Notes: a model not told the origin generated them from the sequence alone. 64,000 bases of DNA from Octopus sinensis (GCF_006345805.1 NC_043002.1:65410001-65474000), one strand, 5' to 3'; shown: positions 41,471-55,618, numbered from the stretch's first letter. A program made the numbers and translations.

Positions 41471-41875
41471 TAGTGGTTGTCAGCCGGGTTCCATATGACT
41501 CCTAATAGCCCATATATGAATTTTTTTAGTTGGGAGGGGCTCAACGCAGGCCAAAAAGTAAATTGGGGCGCTATCGCAGAATTTTAAGAGTCCATGGCAC
41601 AAAACAGACATATATTGGTGTTATATTTCCTTACCCGGTAGGCTCGTAAGTTATGCGAAGTTTTGTTTTTAGATCTGTTTATTGGAGGAAAGAGATAAAT
41701 CTTTTTCTTTGATGATTACCGTAGTTCAGCCGACGTAAGTTAATCTGTGCAAAACAAAACAGGAATTTTGAAAGGAATAACACTAGTTTTTTTAGCATCA
41801 AACAGCTATGGGGGTCCACCGCATTAAAATAGTAATCAAAGTGATCCACGGGTAGGAAATGGTTGAGAACCAGTC
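41471..41875. mobile_element. hAT-like MITE, decayed
   Basis: agtggttgtcagcc ... ggttgagaaccagt termini. Confidence 0.45.
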
Positions 41876-42064
41876 GTACAATGTAGGTAGGTCATAGATC
41901 ATAGAAGTTACAGAATTCTGCTCACGTGTCTGGCCGCAACACTAGTGGCTGCTGCTCTTTCAGAATTGCAGTCTTTAATGCATCCAGAGTTTAAACAGAA
42001 GATGGTCATCATAGAATTCCATGGACAGGCATAAGCGAATCTGTTAATTTATATTATTTGTCTG

Positions 42065-42187
42065 GGTATGTATGTATGTATGTATGCACGTATGTATGTT
42101 TGTATGTATGCATCGTTCTGTGTGTCCATTTCTTTGTAAGTGTTTATAGGGATGTACATATATTGAATGTGTCCATACAAACATATT

Positions 42188-42247
<60 letters not shown>

Positions 42248-42300
42248 TACATATACATATACATATATATATACATATATACATATATACATATACATAT

Positions 42301-42334
<34 letters not shown>

Positions 42335-42430
42335 ACATACATACATAAATAAATAGAAAGATATAGATATATGTATATATATATATACTTATATATACAC
42401 ACATATATATGCATGCGTATATATATATAC

Positions 42431-42470
<40 letters not shown>

Positions 42471-42522
42471 GTATCTGCACATATATATACACATGTATAT
42501 ATATATATGTATATACATATAT

Positions 42523-42566
<44 letters not shown>

Positions 42567-42660
42567 TTATGTATATATAAAGATATATATATATATATAT
42601 TTATATATTTATATATTTATATATATATATGAATGTATATAGTATATATATATATATATA
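42065..42660. repeat. (TA)n/(TATG)n microsatellite block
   Basis: Direct reading. Confidence 0.95.
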
Positions 42661-43642
42661 ACGAAACACCGAAATACCTCTGCCTATATATTTATGAATA
42701 TAACAAGATGGAAGTATGGTACATTATTGTAAGTGTTGGTCCCTACAGACAAGTGAGTTACGTGATGTATTAATTATATAAAGCTACCATCACTTTCGTA
42801 GACGACTTTTAGTAAACGAATTTCCTATAGAACTCAAGCAACAAATCGATAGGAATGGCACAAAACAGACATATATCGGTGTTATATTTCCTTACCCGTT
42901 AGGCTCGTAAGTTATGCGAAGTTTTTAAGTAGAGAATCGAGAAGTCTCTCGACAATAGTGCGAAATTGATTTTATGGTTAGGTAAGTGGCGAACGACAGA
43001 CGGATGTGAATCGTAAGAATTCTGAACAGATAAGTATGTAAAACTATTCACAATTCACTTCATTATAAGCATTTCTATGAGTTTGTATATGTTTCCTCGC
43101 CTTATTTCTTCAGAACAATATTCCATCCGTCCCATTCTTCCCCCGTCTTCTCTAACACTTTAATTATCTCTCTCGCTCTATAATTTCAGCATTTCTTTTA
43201 ACTCTCTTCTTATTTCTATCCATATGTAAGCATGTGTTCATACACACACATATATTATGTATGTGTGTGTATGTATTATTCATGTGCGATGTAAATATAT
43301 ATATAGAGAGAGAGACAGAGACAGAGAGAAGGACAGAGAGAGAAGGAAAGAAAGAGAGGGAGGAAGACAGACAGACAGATAGGCAGACAGGCTGTTCGGG
43401 ATGCTGACATGATTGCATTATTTCACCTTTAAACGATATGGCTTTAGGTTCAGGCCCACTTGATGGCCGTTACCTGTATTTCATTTTCGTTTTCCAAAAC
43501 ACTCAAAACTTGGGTCTACATAAAAGCCCTGTCCTGGCAATCGCTGTTGACCCTATCGTACACCCGGAATTAATTTCACCAGAAGGTGAAAACTTCTTTG
43601 TAAGATTTGTGCAAGAACATAAGTTACCGCTCAGTGACTTAC

Positions 43643-43713
43643 CGCTCTCCAAAACACCGACTCTGGTGCCACATTGCAATGCTTGGTTGATAGACCCCCA
43701 GTAATTAAAGACA
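43643..43713 (-). other. Candidate 71-nt host exon within a unique-sequence island
   Basis: Minus strand: tttcatttcAG| ... gagcg|GTAAGT; two open frames (SLITGGLSTKHCNVAPESVFWRA or VFNYWGSINQALQCGTRVGVLES); no recognised homology. Confidence 0.25.
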
Positions 43714-44059
43714 CTGAAATGAAACCCCATGTCATTTCATCACTCTCTCTATTTAATAAACCTGATTTGTCGGTCGAAATTTACTCTAGCTAGGAGGTGA
43801 GGCGAGCATTTGAGATATTTTGTTTATCATTTGTTCCAATCTACGTTATTAGATAAATCAAGATGGTTCTGAAATATAGCGAAATCGAGATCTGTATGAG
43901 TATGCACAGATTTCTTTTTAGGTATAACAGAGAAATTATGTTTGCGATGTGCGGAAAATGTGAAGTAGGAATTAGGCTTCAAAGTGTGCAAATTCATATT
44001 TGCTAATACATATTAGCTTCTTCTTGCAATTCTTGTCGACTATCCTACGAGTTACCAAC

Positions 44060-44420
44060 GTTTAGTATGAACTTTGATAGGAGCAATGCTATTGTTGTTC
44101 AGGCATTCACTCAAGATCAGGTTTGTGATTCGAAGGTGTTGTTGCGGATGTGTCGATTACTGTGTCTGGTTTACTCCAAAGAGAAAATATAGCAAATCCC
44201 CATACTTATGTCCGCTCAAACAAATTTATCCACAATGCATATCTGGAGCGTTGGGGTCCGTCTAACTCTAAGCATTTCCATATAGAATGTTACTACAAAG
44301 CTAATGTACAGTGGCCTTCTCCATAGTATTGCAAATTGCGGCAGTTATTTTTTCATCATTAAACATATAACACATCAAGCTCACTTGATAATCCGTGCTG
44401 CAATCTATTTTACGCATGGA
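44060..44420 (-). mobile_element. Possible ancient RT-LINE remnant
   Basis: Minus-strand RRPLYISFV and a DLE..IALL-like trace at plausible spacing; very decayed. Confidence 0.25.
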
Positions 44421-45172
44421 ATCGGTGATGAGGGTTATAGGAGCTAACTTCTATAAAACTTTCTTCGTTCACTATAGATCTGCTCTCTTCCTCATTTTCT
44501 CTCTCTCCCCTTCGTCCCTCTTTCTTTCTCAGCCTCGTTTCCCCCTCTGTCCCACTTTGTGTCTGTAAGTGCCCATGCATATTCATAGGGAAGAAGCTGA
44601 TTGAAATTATGATAGATGTTGCGAAACTTAGGATCGAACGATCAATACCAAATAGTACACGATATATTGTAATTTAAAAGATATCCTCAAAATTTTGCCA
44701 ATCAACAACCGTATCATCCACACTTAAAACAGAAAAGTCCTTCTAACATACGTTTTCTGAGATTACAACACTCCTACAACCGATGAAATCTGCAAGTCTA
44801 TGTTAGGTTTCGTATAGACAGATTGTTTACACAAGACCTATCTCAGCAAATACTTATCTCAAAGAAAGGCTCCGCGAGGTTAAGTCCTGTACAATCTGAC
44901 AATCTACATCAATTGGAAAAGTTTTAACCAGCGAAAGTGCATTTAATATAGCAGATGTTTCTTCGGCAGCAATATTCGGCCCAAGCATCTCTACGCACGC
45001 TGGTAAAACGAATCTAACTGAACACGACCGTAACTTTTACTATTTAATCCGTAAGATAAATATCGGGAACTTATATGTCAAAACAAGCATAACTCACAAA
45101 GATTAGAAATCTTCCATGAACAGCAGGCAGAACCGTAAGAAACGTACTGGTAGGTACAGACTCTCACGCAGA

Positions 45173-45993
45173 TCTACTTCATACGTGGGAAATTCTGTCT
45201 GTGGGTGTGTTTGTGGAGTTGTAAGCTAACTCCTCCTACATCGTTTTATCGGTCTTGATGAAACTTGACACGTGAGTTGAGCTCGTGTCTGGAAACCTCG
45301 TGGCATACTCAGATTGTTTAACAATCGATAATAGGACTCCTGGAAGGGATCCTTATATATATCTAATATATTGCATTTTAACAGCCAAGGGAAATAACCT
45401 ATTCATGCTCCTAAATCATTTGGTATTAATCAAATTGAGTATGTTATCGAAATTTATCCAGTACAACTCTTAAACGAGTAAATAGCATTTTCCTAAACAA
45501 TAGATCCACTTATTTCGGTTAGTGACTTATTCCTGAATATACCAACACTAGCGCCGCTGAGGGTTATATTCTCTGGGAACAAAAGCCCTTTTAAGAGTTA
45601 TTTACTTTGAATTGTTATTATCTCATATCTGATTAACCTGTTATTATGTAACATGCTTCACGATTTTATTAGTATTTCCTTCTATGTTCTATATTCTCTA
45701 GGAACGCATTAAAGCACTTTTCGGGGCTACTTTATTTGGATTCTTACTATCGGGTATCGAATTTCATGTTATTACATAACTGACATCACAATTTGGGTAT
45801 TCATAACTTATGGGAAATTCCTAAAATCAAGATCCTGTGTAAAAAGTCAGTTTGGTATTCTCTGTAAATGCACAAAAACCGTTTTAAGGGCTACATACTT
45901 TGTATTGTTGTTATTGGATTAGCGCAACAATTATGAGAACGGAACCAAGGGATAAGCCCCACTTTCCCGGGAATTACCGGATACGTCAGCCAG
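45173..45993 (+). mobile_element. Non-autonomous Helitron-like element
   Basis: A|TCTACT...ctgtctgt start; 3' ccgggaattaccgg hairpin followed by CCAG|T (CTAG-like) end; internal gatgaaacttgacacg block. Confidence 0.45.
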
Positions 45994-46313
45994 TATCCTT
46001 GAAATAAGAACGACAATTTTCCCCACGCCTCATATACCCAAAGTTTCTATCTCAGTATACTGCCAAAGAACTGTGTACACCCAAGATGCATTAATGTTTT
46101 AACGTATAAATTTAGCTTTTTTTTAATTATTTATATTTATTGTTCATATTTAAGAATAACCACATTGTTTGGCCTGTCTAAATTGTAGTTTTATTTTTAT
46201 GTTCCCCACCTCTCTCTCTCTCTCTCATTGCTCAGTCAATCTTCCCATATTCCTTTCATACATTTCTCTCCTCTTTGACTTCATCTCTACCCTCCCTCCT
46301 TCTCATATATATA

Positions 46314-46362
<49 letters not shown>

Positions 46363-46373
46363 ATATATATATT

Positions 46374-46417
<44 letters not shown>

Positions 46418-46477
46418 CTCCTAGCGTGTGGCATTTATGTGTAATAATGCCCTCTATATAATATATATATATATAAT

Positions 46478-46523
<46 letters not shown>

Positions 46524-47516
46524 ATACATATATATATATTCGCGCGGACGCGTGTGCGTGCATGCGCTATATTTATGAAAAGGATTGTATATATTAAGTG
46601 GGAATAAAAATATTTGTAAATTCAGATCTCTTCTTTTTGCGTATTGACAATCTGTAGCAAAAGTGCAACAAATTTAGTTTTAACTTATGCTCCGGGCTAT
46701 ATAAAATAGAATTTTTTTCTTAAAATAAGTATTTTCATTCGCAGAATTCTACCAGATAGTTCAATATCAGAATAGCTAAGAGCAATATAAATTAATATGA
46801 TATTACGTAGTCCAACTGAAATCAAAATAATTTGAAGGGAAACATTTAAAAATAAGCTTATGTGTATATTCGTTACACAGGACACGTACACGTTTTTTTT
46901 TTTTTATAGCGAGATGCATATTAAAAATAGAAACATAACCTTCTTCAGCCGAAAAACAAGTAAAGGATATTCGAAAGGAACTAAGTCCTATACAGCCGTG
47001 AATCGAACTAAGACAACATGGCGGCAATATTATCTTGAAATGTATGTGGCTTCATATATATTCTTTTTTCTATTTGCGTGCAAACTTCAGGTATTTGCAT
47101 CGGCAAATTTAGATATAACTTAGACATATGCTAAGGGCTACAAATTATAAATGTTTTAAAAAAAACATTATCGATGTTCAATGTTGCTAACAAGAATCGC
47201 TTAGAAAATACAAGTTGTAGAAATGTGTATTGTTTTACTTTTAGATAATTTTGGCTCAAACATTTTCGTAAACGCTATTCATTGGAGATGAATATAAACG
47301 ATTGAGCCGTTTGGGGTTTCTCGGTGTATTGTGAATAACTTTTGATTTTTATCTCGGGAAGGTCGTTATGTTAACAACACACACGCTTTATTTCTAGTTT
47401 GAAAATATTCCTTCTTTTCCTATATTGTTGGAGACCCCAGTAAGTGCATAATGGATACTGCTTTTGTTATTAGTTAATTAGATAATTATTTAAACAATTA
47501 ACTAATCAATCGTTTG

Positions 47517-47870
47517 AGTGGCTGTGTGGTAAATAGCTTGCTTACCAACCACATGGTTCCTGGTTCACTCCCACTGCGTGGAACCTTGTGCAAGTGTGTT
47601 CTACTATAGCCTTTTGCCGACCAAATCCTTGTGAGTGGATTTGGCAGACGGAAACTGTGTGTGTGTGTAATATGTTTGTGTGCCTGTTGTCCCCCACCAT
47701 CACTTGACAACCGATATTGGTGTATTTATGTCCCAGTAACTTAGAGGTTCGGCAGAATAAGTATTAGGTTTACAAAGAATAAGTCCTCGGTTCGATTTGT
47801 TCGACTAAAGGCGGTACTCTAGCAAGGCCGCAGTTAAATGAATTAAACAAATAAAAGAATACAAGAATAA
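47517..47870 (+). mobile_element. Family B SINE
   Basis: agtggctgtgtggtaaatagcttgcttaccaaccacatggttcctggttcactccc... Confidence 0.85.
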
Positions 47871-48010
47871 TTGTCTACTAATTGTTTATTTAATAATTCA
47901 ATGTTAAGCCTGTCTAAGTCCTCTCGTCACCATTCGTTACTTTATCAGTGACATACTCTCTTTACTTCAGCTCTGTCTACCGGATGCTTTTAAATCTTGA
48001 AATTTTCCCT

Positions 48011-48054
48011 GCAGATGTATAAACAGATGTATAAATAGATGTATAAGCAGATGT
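48011..48054. repeat. 12-bp tandem repeat (cagatgtataaa) x~3.5
   Basis: Direct reading. Confidence 0.8.
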
Positions 48055-48478
48055 TACTAAACGAAACTGAATACCAATGTTAGCAATTTACATACCTATC
48101 TGAAAGCTCAAGGCAAACCAAGTTCTTTGCCGTGTTGGATGAAGTGTGTACTGGCACATGTCTTGCCAGCCGTCTGAATAACATTCTTCATATTTAGACG
48201 GCAGAAAACAAAACGTGGCGAAAACAAATTACACAAATCGCAGCAGATGACTTTCGTGTACTGGGAAATTCATTGTGATCTTGGTTGGCCGTCACGAACT
48301 ATCACCGTTTGCTCGGTTTCTGGATTGATTTTATTATATCCGTTTAATGACATAAACAGAAACTCGTACCTCATGTATATTTAGTCACAGATGTATCCAC
48401 TCCTAAAACTACACATAAAACTACACATGTATATATATATTATATATCTATATCTATATCTATCTATCTATCTATCTA

Positions 48479-48563
<85 letters not shown>

Positions 48564-48670
48564 TTGTGTGTGTGTATGTGTGTGTATGTATATATACATG
48601 TGTGTATTCGTGTAAATAGTTTTTAATGTGTTTATACACATGAATACATGTGCTTGTATGCGTGTATTAT

Positions 48671-48908
48671 ACTCTTTTACTTGTTTCAGTCACTTGACTG
48701 CGGCCACACTGGAGCACTGCCTTAAATGGGTTTTTAGTCGAAGAGACCGACCCCAGGAGTCATTCTTTGCAAGTCTAGTACTTATTCTATCGGTCATTTT
48801 TGCCGAACTGCTAATTTACGAGGAGGTAAACGCACCAATATTTATGATCAAGTGATGGTGGGGGGGACTAACACACAGAAAGACATACTCACATAAATAT
48901 ATGCATAC

Positions 48909-48959
<51 letters not shown>

Positions 48960-49305
48960 TGTTCAGCCAAAATTTGTTTCACCATATACCGAAAATTAGA
49001 AATAGCAATTAAAAACTACTATTTCACTATCATAAGAAAATCTCCCAGACAGTAATATTGTATAAGTTTACGTGATAATGGTTCTTTTATCATACCGAAC
49101 TACTCGATACAATTATTAATTGATTAATTAATTTTACCCTTTATTATGATATGTATATATACACTGGGCGTCTTTCAGTTTTTGTTCACCAAATCCACTC
49201 ACAAGGATTGGTCGGCCCGAGGTTATAGTAGAAGACACTTGCTCAAGGTGCCACGCAGTGAGACTGGAGCAGGAACCAGATGGTTCTTCTTACGACACAG
49301 GCACG
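48671..49305 (-). mobile_element. Family B SINE with an insertion (48963-49145) in its internal microsatellite
   Basis: 3' half 48671-48880, 5' half 49165-49305; the insert shares attagaaatagca..aaaactatttc and ttgattaattaattttaccct with the 22441-23116 element. Confidence 0.75.
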
Positions 49306-49310
49306 CATAA

Positions 49311-49785
49311 ATTTTATACCGTTATAGGTTGTTTTACGCATGCAAAACCACTGATATCATTACAAATAATAACATCTTTTTATATATTTAAATAATTCTT
49401 ATGCACTCCGATCACGTTTTTAAAATTTGCTGCGAAAATTAAAAATGATCATTATACACATTGATTGAGATAAATAAACTCTATAATCCTGTGTCAGTGA
49501 TGCTCGCTGATGAGAACTAACAGTTCGAAATCACAGGTGATTCAGGTATGTCTGGCTTCCAATTTCCGATTTTTTTCGTTATTGAGATTGTTATTCTTAG
49601 AATCTTATTCATTTGCTCGATTTCACCATTGTGTTTAGTGATAACTTGTGGTTTGATCAGTTTGACTGCTATGTCAGCATGCTGGTACTGCTTACTAGTA
49701 TCCTTAATTATTAATTGATATTTTATACCGTTACAGGCTTTTTTACGTTTGCTAAACCACTTATACTAATATAAATAATAATATC
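49311..49785 (+). mobile_element. Direct-repeat-bounded non-coding element with hammerhead-like motif (49497-49552)
   Basis: ~66-bp diverged direct repeats at 49311-49376 and 49720-49785; CUGAUGA gaacu-aac-aguuc GAAA ucac-ag-guga UU. Confidence 0.6.
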
Positions 49786-49825
49786 CTCATAAACATTTAT
49801 ATCCTCATATACATTTATATATGTA

Positions 49826-49903
<78 letters not shown>

Positions 49904-50975
49904 TGTGTGTGTGTGTGTGTATGTGTGTGTGTGTGTGTGGTGTGTGTGTGTGTATAACCGGAATAAAAACGTAACAGATGACAACAAAACATACTGACAG
50001 ATAGACGATACAAAGACAGGCAAGAAAAACCAAGATGGATCATTCGTAGCCCTCTATTTATCACTTAAGCTTCCATTTATCATTACAGTTCCGGTCTGTT
50101 ACACTTGAGACTGTTCAAAATTGGTTAGCCCCTAAAATCGAAGCGAAAAGCATGAAATGTTTGGGAGAAAGCAAGCGAATGTGTACGACAACACAGACAA
50201 AAGTCGAGAAAACGGAGAAAATGTTACACGATTACAAATACAAACAACAAGAGAATAACAACAAATGTCTTTCGACTAATAAGGACAACTTAAATTGAGC
50301 TGGCGTGTGGAGTGGAAGGAAGCCTTGAGGCGCAAATATAGATGAAAGTCAAGAGACAGGAAAATAAGGTGTTGTACCGGCGGCGTTCAGGCGGAGGACG
50401 TAAGATCATGCTTGACCGAACACCGGTCATGTGGAAGGAACAGAGAGAGGTAGGGGGCAGAGGGATTGAAGAATTAGGGAATGAATTAGAAAGAGAAAGA
50501 GAGAGAGAGAGAGAAAGAAAGGGACAGAGGGAAAGGTACAAGGGAGATAAAGAAAGAAAGCAGAGAGGTGAAAGAAAGAGAATGCCAAGAAATGTGAGAG
50601 AGAGGGAGCGAGAAAAGGAAAGGAGGAAAGAAAGAAGAAAGTATAAGGGGGACTAAAACAAGGAGAAAGATGTCGCACAAAATTTAGATACATACTTATT
50701 TACAAGGTAGGCAAAGTTTTACGTACGTCGCTATATGTATAAATAAATAATTTTTTTAAAAAACGGAACAAAAACGTAACGGATGACGATAAAAACATCC
50801 AGTGTTTCTTTTAGCGAGATTAAAATTTTTTAAAAATTATTCTCAAATTCGTAATCTCTGTGTTATTATATGTGGATTTAAAAGAATTCGAAAAATTGTT
50901 TAAAATTAACATTTTGGAAAATATTTTTTTTAAATCACCAGAAATGGGTGGTGTTCACGCGCTTTACCCTCGTCC

Positions 50976-51700
50976 ATATTTCATCAATCCCGATAGGATG
51001 AAAGGCAAAGTCGAACTCGAGGCAATTTCAACTCAGAATGTAAAGACAGACGAAATACCTATTTCTTTACTACCCACAAGGGGCTAAACACAGATAGGAC
51101 AAACAAGGACAGACAAACGGATTAAGTCGATTATATCGACCCCAGTGCGTAACTGGTACTTATTTAATCGACCCCGAAAGGATGAAAGGCAAAGTCGACC
51201 TCGGTGGAATTTGAACTCAGAACGTAGCGGCAGACGAAATACCTATTTCTTTATTACCCACAAGGGGCTAAACATAGAGGGGACAAACAAGGACAGACAT
51301 AGGTATTAAGTCGATTACATCGACCCTAGTGCGTAACTGGTACTTAATTTATCGACCCCGAAAGGATGAAAGGCAAAGTCGACCTCGGTGGAATTTGAAC
51401 TCAGAACGTAGCGGCAGACGAAATACCGCTAAGCATTTCGCTCGGCGTGCTAACGTTTCTGCCAGCTTGCTGCCTTTATTCTACTAAGAAATACTGATTT
51501 CAAATTTTGGTATAAAACCAGCAATTTCGAGTGAGGGTGTTAGTCTACTACATCGACCACAATGCTCAGCTGATATTTCATCGAAAGGATGAAGTGCAAA
51601 GACAACCTTGACGCAGTTTCGACTCAGAATGTAAAGACAAACGGTAAGCGGGTTAGCATTTCTACCCAGCTTGTTCGCGATTCATCCAACTCGCCGCCTT
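50976..51700 (-). mobile_element. Family A SINE trimer plus decayed monomer
   Basis: ~184-bp units at 51052-51235 and 51236-51420; head at 51421-51476. Confidence 0.9.
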
Positions 51701-52116
51701 TACTCTATTAAGAAATATATAGGCTACAATACTTACAACAATTATCTTTCGTAAATAGAGTTACACAGGTTTTATATATGTCATTTTAATTTTGTCTAAA
51801 CGAGGCGTTTATTCACGAAGAATACACAGGAAATCGCTCTTGATTTGTCTAATGTCTACGTGAATGCGAATAGTGAATTTTGTTATACCTCAAGCCGATA
51901 ATTTCAATGTTTATAAATGTATAACCTCGCAGGTCATCATAATGTCTCGAAAATTATATGTAACCTTAGTAAAAGGCAGACGCTTGCTGTGATGGTCTCT
52001 GTATATATGGTGTATACTATTAGAGAATAATTGTCTCTGAATGTACAGTGTAAAGTATTAGTCGACACGAGATGTAAATATAAAAACACAAACTGGGACG
52101 AACAAAAAGGAAATAT

Positions 52117-52193
<77 letters not shown>

Positions 52194-52270
52194 CCGGACA
52201 CTAAATTCTGTTTTAGTGTAGTGAGGTAAGATAGATATCGAACCGATATACATGCGCGCGCATACACACA

Positions 52271-52343
<73 letters not shown>

Positions 52344-52682
52344 CATATAAATATATATATTGTAAATATAAATATATTATATATTTGTAAAGCTATATGT
52401 ATCTACATATATATACACACATATACTTATATATTCATATGTCTTTTACTTGTATATGTATGAATATATATATATGTGTGTGTGTATGTGTATGTGTGTG
52501 TGTTTGTATGCATGTAGACATTGTTATTACGATTAAAATAAAAATATCCTCTCAAAAAAAGTCATCTCTAATCATTCTTTCAAAAAAAAATATAATACTA
52601 TACTAAGAACCTTCTCTTTATTATTCTACTATGCGTGTGCACATGTATATATATATATATATATATATACATAATATTTTGT

Positions 52683-52880
52683 GGGGGTGCGTAACTTACT
52701 GGTAAGGATGATGGACTCATGATCATATGATTGCTGTTTCGATTTGTGGACCGGGCGTCGAATTGAGTTCATTTAGCGTTGCTCTAATCCACTCAACTGG
52801 TAAAAGTGAGTTAATCCTACGACGGACCAGGTGGAGAATATATACACCATGGAAACCGGGAAACCGGTCCATATGAGTAT
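52683..52880 (+). mobile_element. Decayed family D tRNA-derived SINE (V-domain-like)
   Basis: tRNA-like head (..tttcgatt), cgttgctctaatccactcaactggtaaaagtgagt; related to 54621-54872. Confidence 0.5.
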
Positions 52881-53553
52881 ATATTACTCAGGAAAGAGCT
52901 TTTCGTTTACGTTTACTTTATGTATAATATTTTAGGACAAAAAAAAATAAGGAACATGTCGGTGATTATCGTTGCTTCTATGTTTGTTAAGGGAGGGTTT
53001 AACCAAATGAACTTATCTAAGTTTGACGGTTCGACATTAAGCACTTTCTTAGGAGGAAGTTTAGACGCTTTATTAAAAAAAAATCAGAAGCTGAGGGAAA
53101 AGAAAATGGAATTAGCTCTAACAGATACATAAATACACAACGCACTCACACACATATATATATACACACACATTAATATAAGAATATATTTGCTTGCTTG
53201 TGTGTCTGTGCGTGTGTGTGTGTGTGCATTTATTTTTCTGCGAAATACGGTCCATTCACGTTGAGACTAAACTATGCAGTATAGCTACATGTTATAAAAT
53301 TGATACATTATTGTTTGGTTTTGTAAATGGAAGGAATGGAAAATTTTTAATTATGAAGAATCATACAAAAATACACATAATTTCAACCAATCAAAAATTG
53401 ACTAAGCATGAAGACTTTTGTTTTGCGAACACAGACTGTACCAAATTACAAGATAAATTCGTTACAATTCTCTGTCATAGCAGCTTGTTGATGTAAATTA
53501 GTTTTATGAAAGTCAAACGCACACAGTCTCACACACACACACATACAAACACG

Positions 53554-53592
<39 letters not shown>

Positions 53593-54220
53593 GTATGCAT
53601 GTATGTATATATATACACGAAGAATACTTTGGCTTCTATTCAAATAATTACAGATGTCAAGAAATGTAGTAAAATTTAGATGTAATTTAGGTATTTATTC
53701 GCTTTATTTTTCTTTCTCTTTTTTTAATTGTTTCTATGATTTATTTTTCGAAATTTTTCGAAATTTTATAGATTAAATAATTCATTTAGATATTGTTTTT
53801 TTTTTATTTATGTATTCTTTATGTTATTTTCGTATTTAATAAAAAAGAAAAAAACCAGCAAATGCCAGGAACCAACAGAGGAAGCTACGCAGTCCCTCGA
53901 GCAGTAAGATATTGTAGATAAAACTCCCTGAGATAAGAATCTCCAGTCTAGGAAAGAGAAATGAAACACTACACCTTGTAATACTAGATACACAAAATAA
54001 CGTGATGGTAATCACTCAAATAACTTTTATAGACTCGAATAACGATTATAGGATTGCACAGTCAGTGGAGTTTGGACTAAAACGAAAGCTACAATAACCA
54101 CGAAAGAAAAGTGTTCGATTTTTACTTGAGGTTTATAGTATAGAAACATTGTAATAGGACTGAAGGAAGATAACTCTTCTCAGTTTTAAATTTCACATGC
54201 TTACACTATGAAATCACATT

Positions 54221-54572
54221 CTCTTACTCTTTTACTCTTTTACTTGTTTCACTCATTTGACTGCGGCCATGCTGGAGCACCGCCTTTAGTCGAGCAAATC
54301 GACCCCATGACTTATTCTTTGGAATCCTAGTACTTATTCTATCGGTCTCTTTTGCCGAACATCGCTTGAGACCATCGGTTCTCAAGCGATGTTGGGGGGA
54401 CAAACATAGACACACAAACGTATACACACACATACATATATATATACATATATACGACGGGCTTCTTTCAGTTTCTGTCTACCAAATCCACTCACAAGGC
54501 TTTGGTCGGCCCGAGGCTATTGTAGAAGACACTTGCCCAAGGTATCACGCAGTGGGAATGAACCCGGAACCA
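54221..54572 (-). mobile_element. Family B SINE (5' head clipped)
   Basis: Colinear with 38640-39030. Confidence 0.88.
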
Positions 54573-54620
54573 GTTATTTTTCTTGAATAGATATAAGAAC
54601 TGTCTCGAGTCGGACCAAGG

Positions 54621-54872
54621 TTATTTATGGAAGACCAGCATTCGCCCATTCATACAAGTCTCACCTCTCCGCGCTACCAAAATTATCCAAAGGAAAGGCT
54701 GATACAGCTTGGCACTAGCGAGGTCACAACTCATTTCTACAGCTGAGTGATGTGGAGCAACGTGAAATAAAGTGTCATACTCAAGAACACAACACTCAGT
54801 CCGTTCTGCGAATCGAACTCGCAATCTCATTATCATGAACCCGACGCTCTAACCTCTGAGCCATGGAACTTC
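54621..54872 (-). mobile_element. Family D tRNA-derived SINE (V-domain-like)
   Basis: Minus strand: A box tggctcagaggttag, B box gagttcgattc, tgttgtgttcttgagtatgacactt..cactcagctgtagaaatgagt. Confidence 0.7.
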
Positions 54873-55618
54873 ATGGAGCAGAGTAGGTGTATTATGTAGT
54901 TATATTTGTAAGTTAGTATCAGCGAAAACTAATCGACCATGGCCGTTCTAGCTTTGATCATCCGGTTGGTTTATTCCAAGAAATTCATACTCCACAGTGA
55001 AATATATTTAGATTTTAGAGTATAATTTGAGGGGAATTTTGGTATTTCTGTGTGTTTGATCGACCTCGCAGTGTTTCCGACATAGTGTTGCATGATAGGG
55101 GAAGACGAAAAGAGTATCAGTAACGAATTTTGATTTTTTTTTTTAAATATTTTAATCAGGAGAGAAACTAGTATTCATGATACTACACAGAGATTCCGAA
55201 ACAGTGAAGAAAAGATCATTTATGCTAAAATCGTAGACATAGAGCGGGACATCCAATCACTTAAATAAAGTAAAGGTAGCAGTGGTGATGATAAAAGGGA
55301 TTTCGAATGAAGTTTATCATTCAAATGGGCCACGGTGGGATTTGATCATAGAGTGCAAAATACCGAAAAACAAATATTACAAGGTATCAAATCCGAATTA
55401 CGTACCATAGCAACAATTTACTGGAATGGATTGGAACATTTTTGATCGATACTGAAATAAAGAAAAGTGTAGTTCACTTCGCGTGTCACAATTAACAGTG
55501 CGAGACTTTCTATTCGTTGAGCTAATGATTCCGACAATTCGGTCCTACACGCCCATCTGTATATGTGTATACATATTTATATAATATATGTGCATGTATA
55601 TGTATATATATGTGTGTA

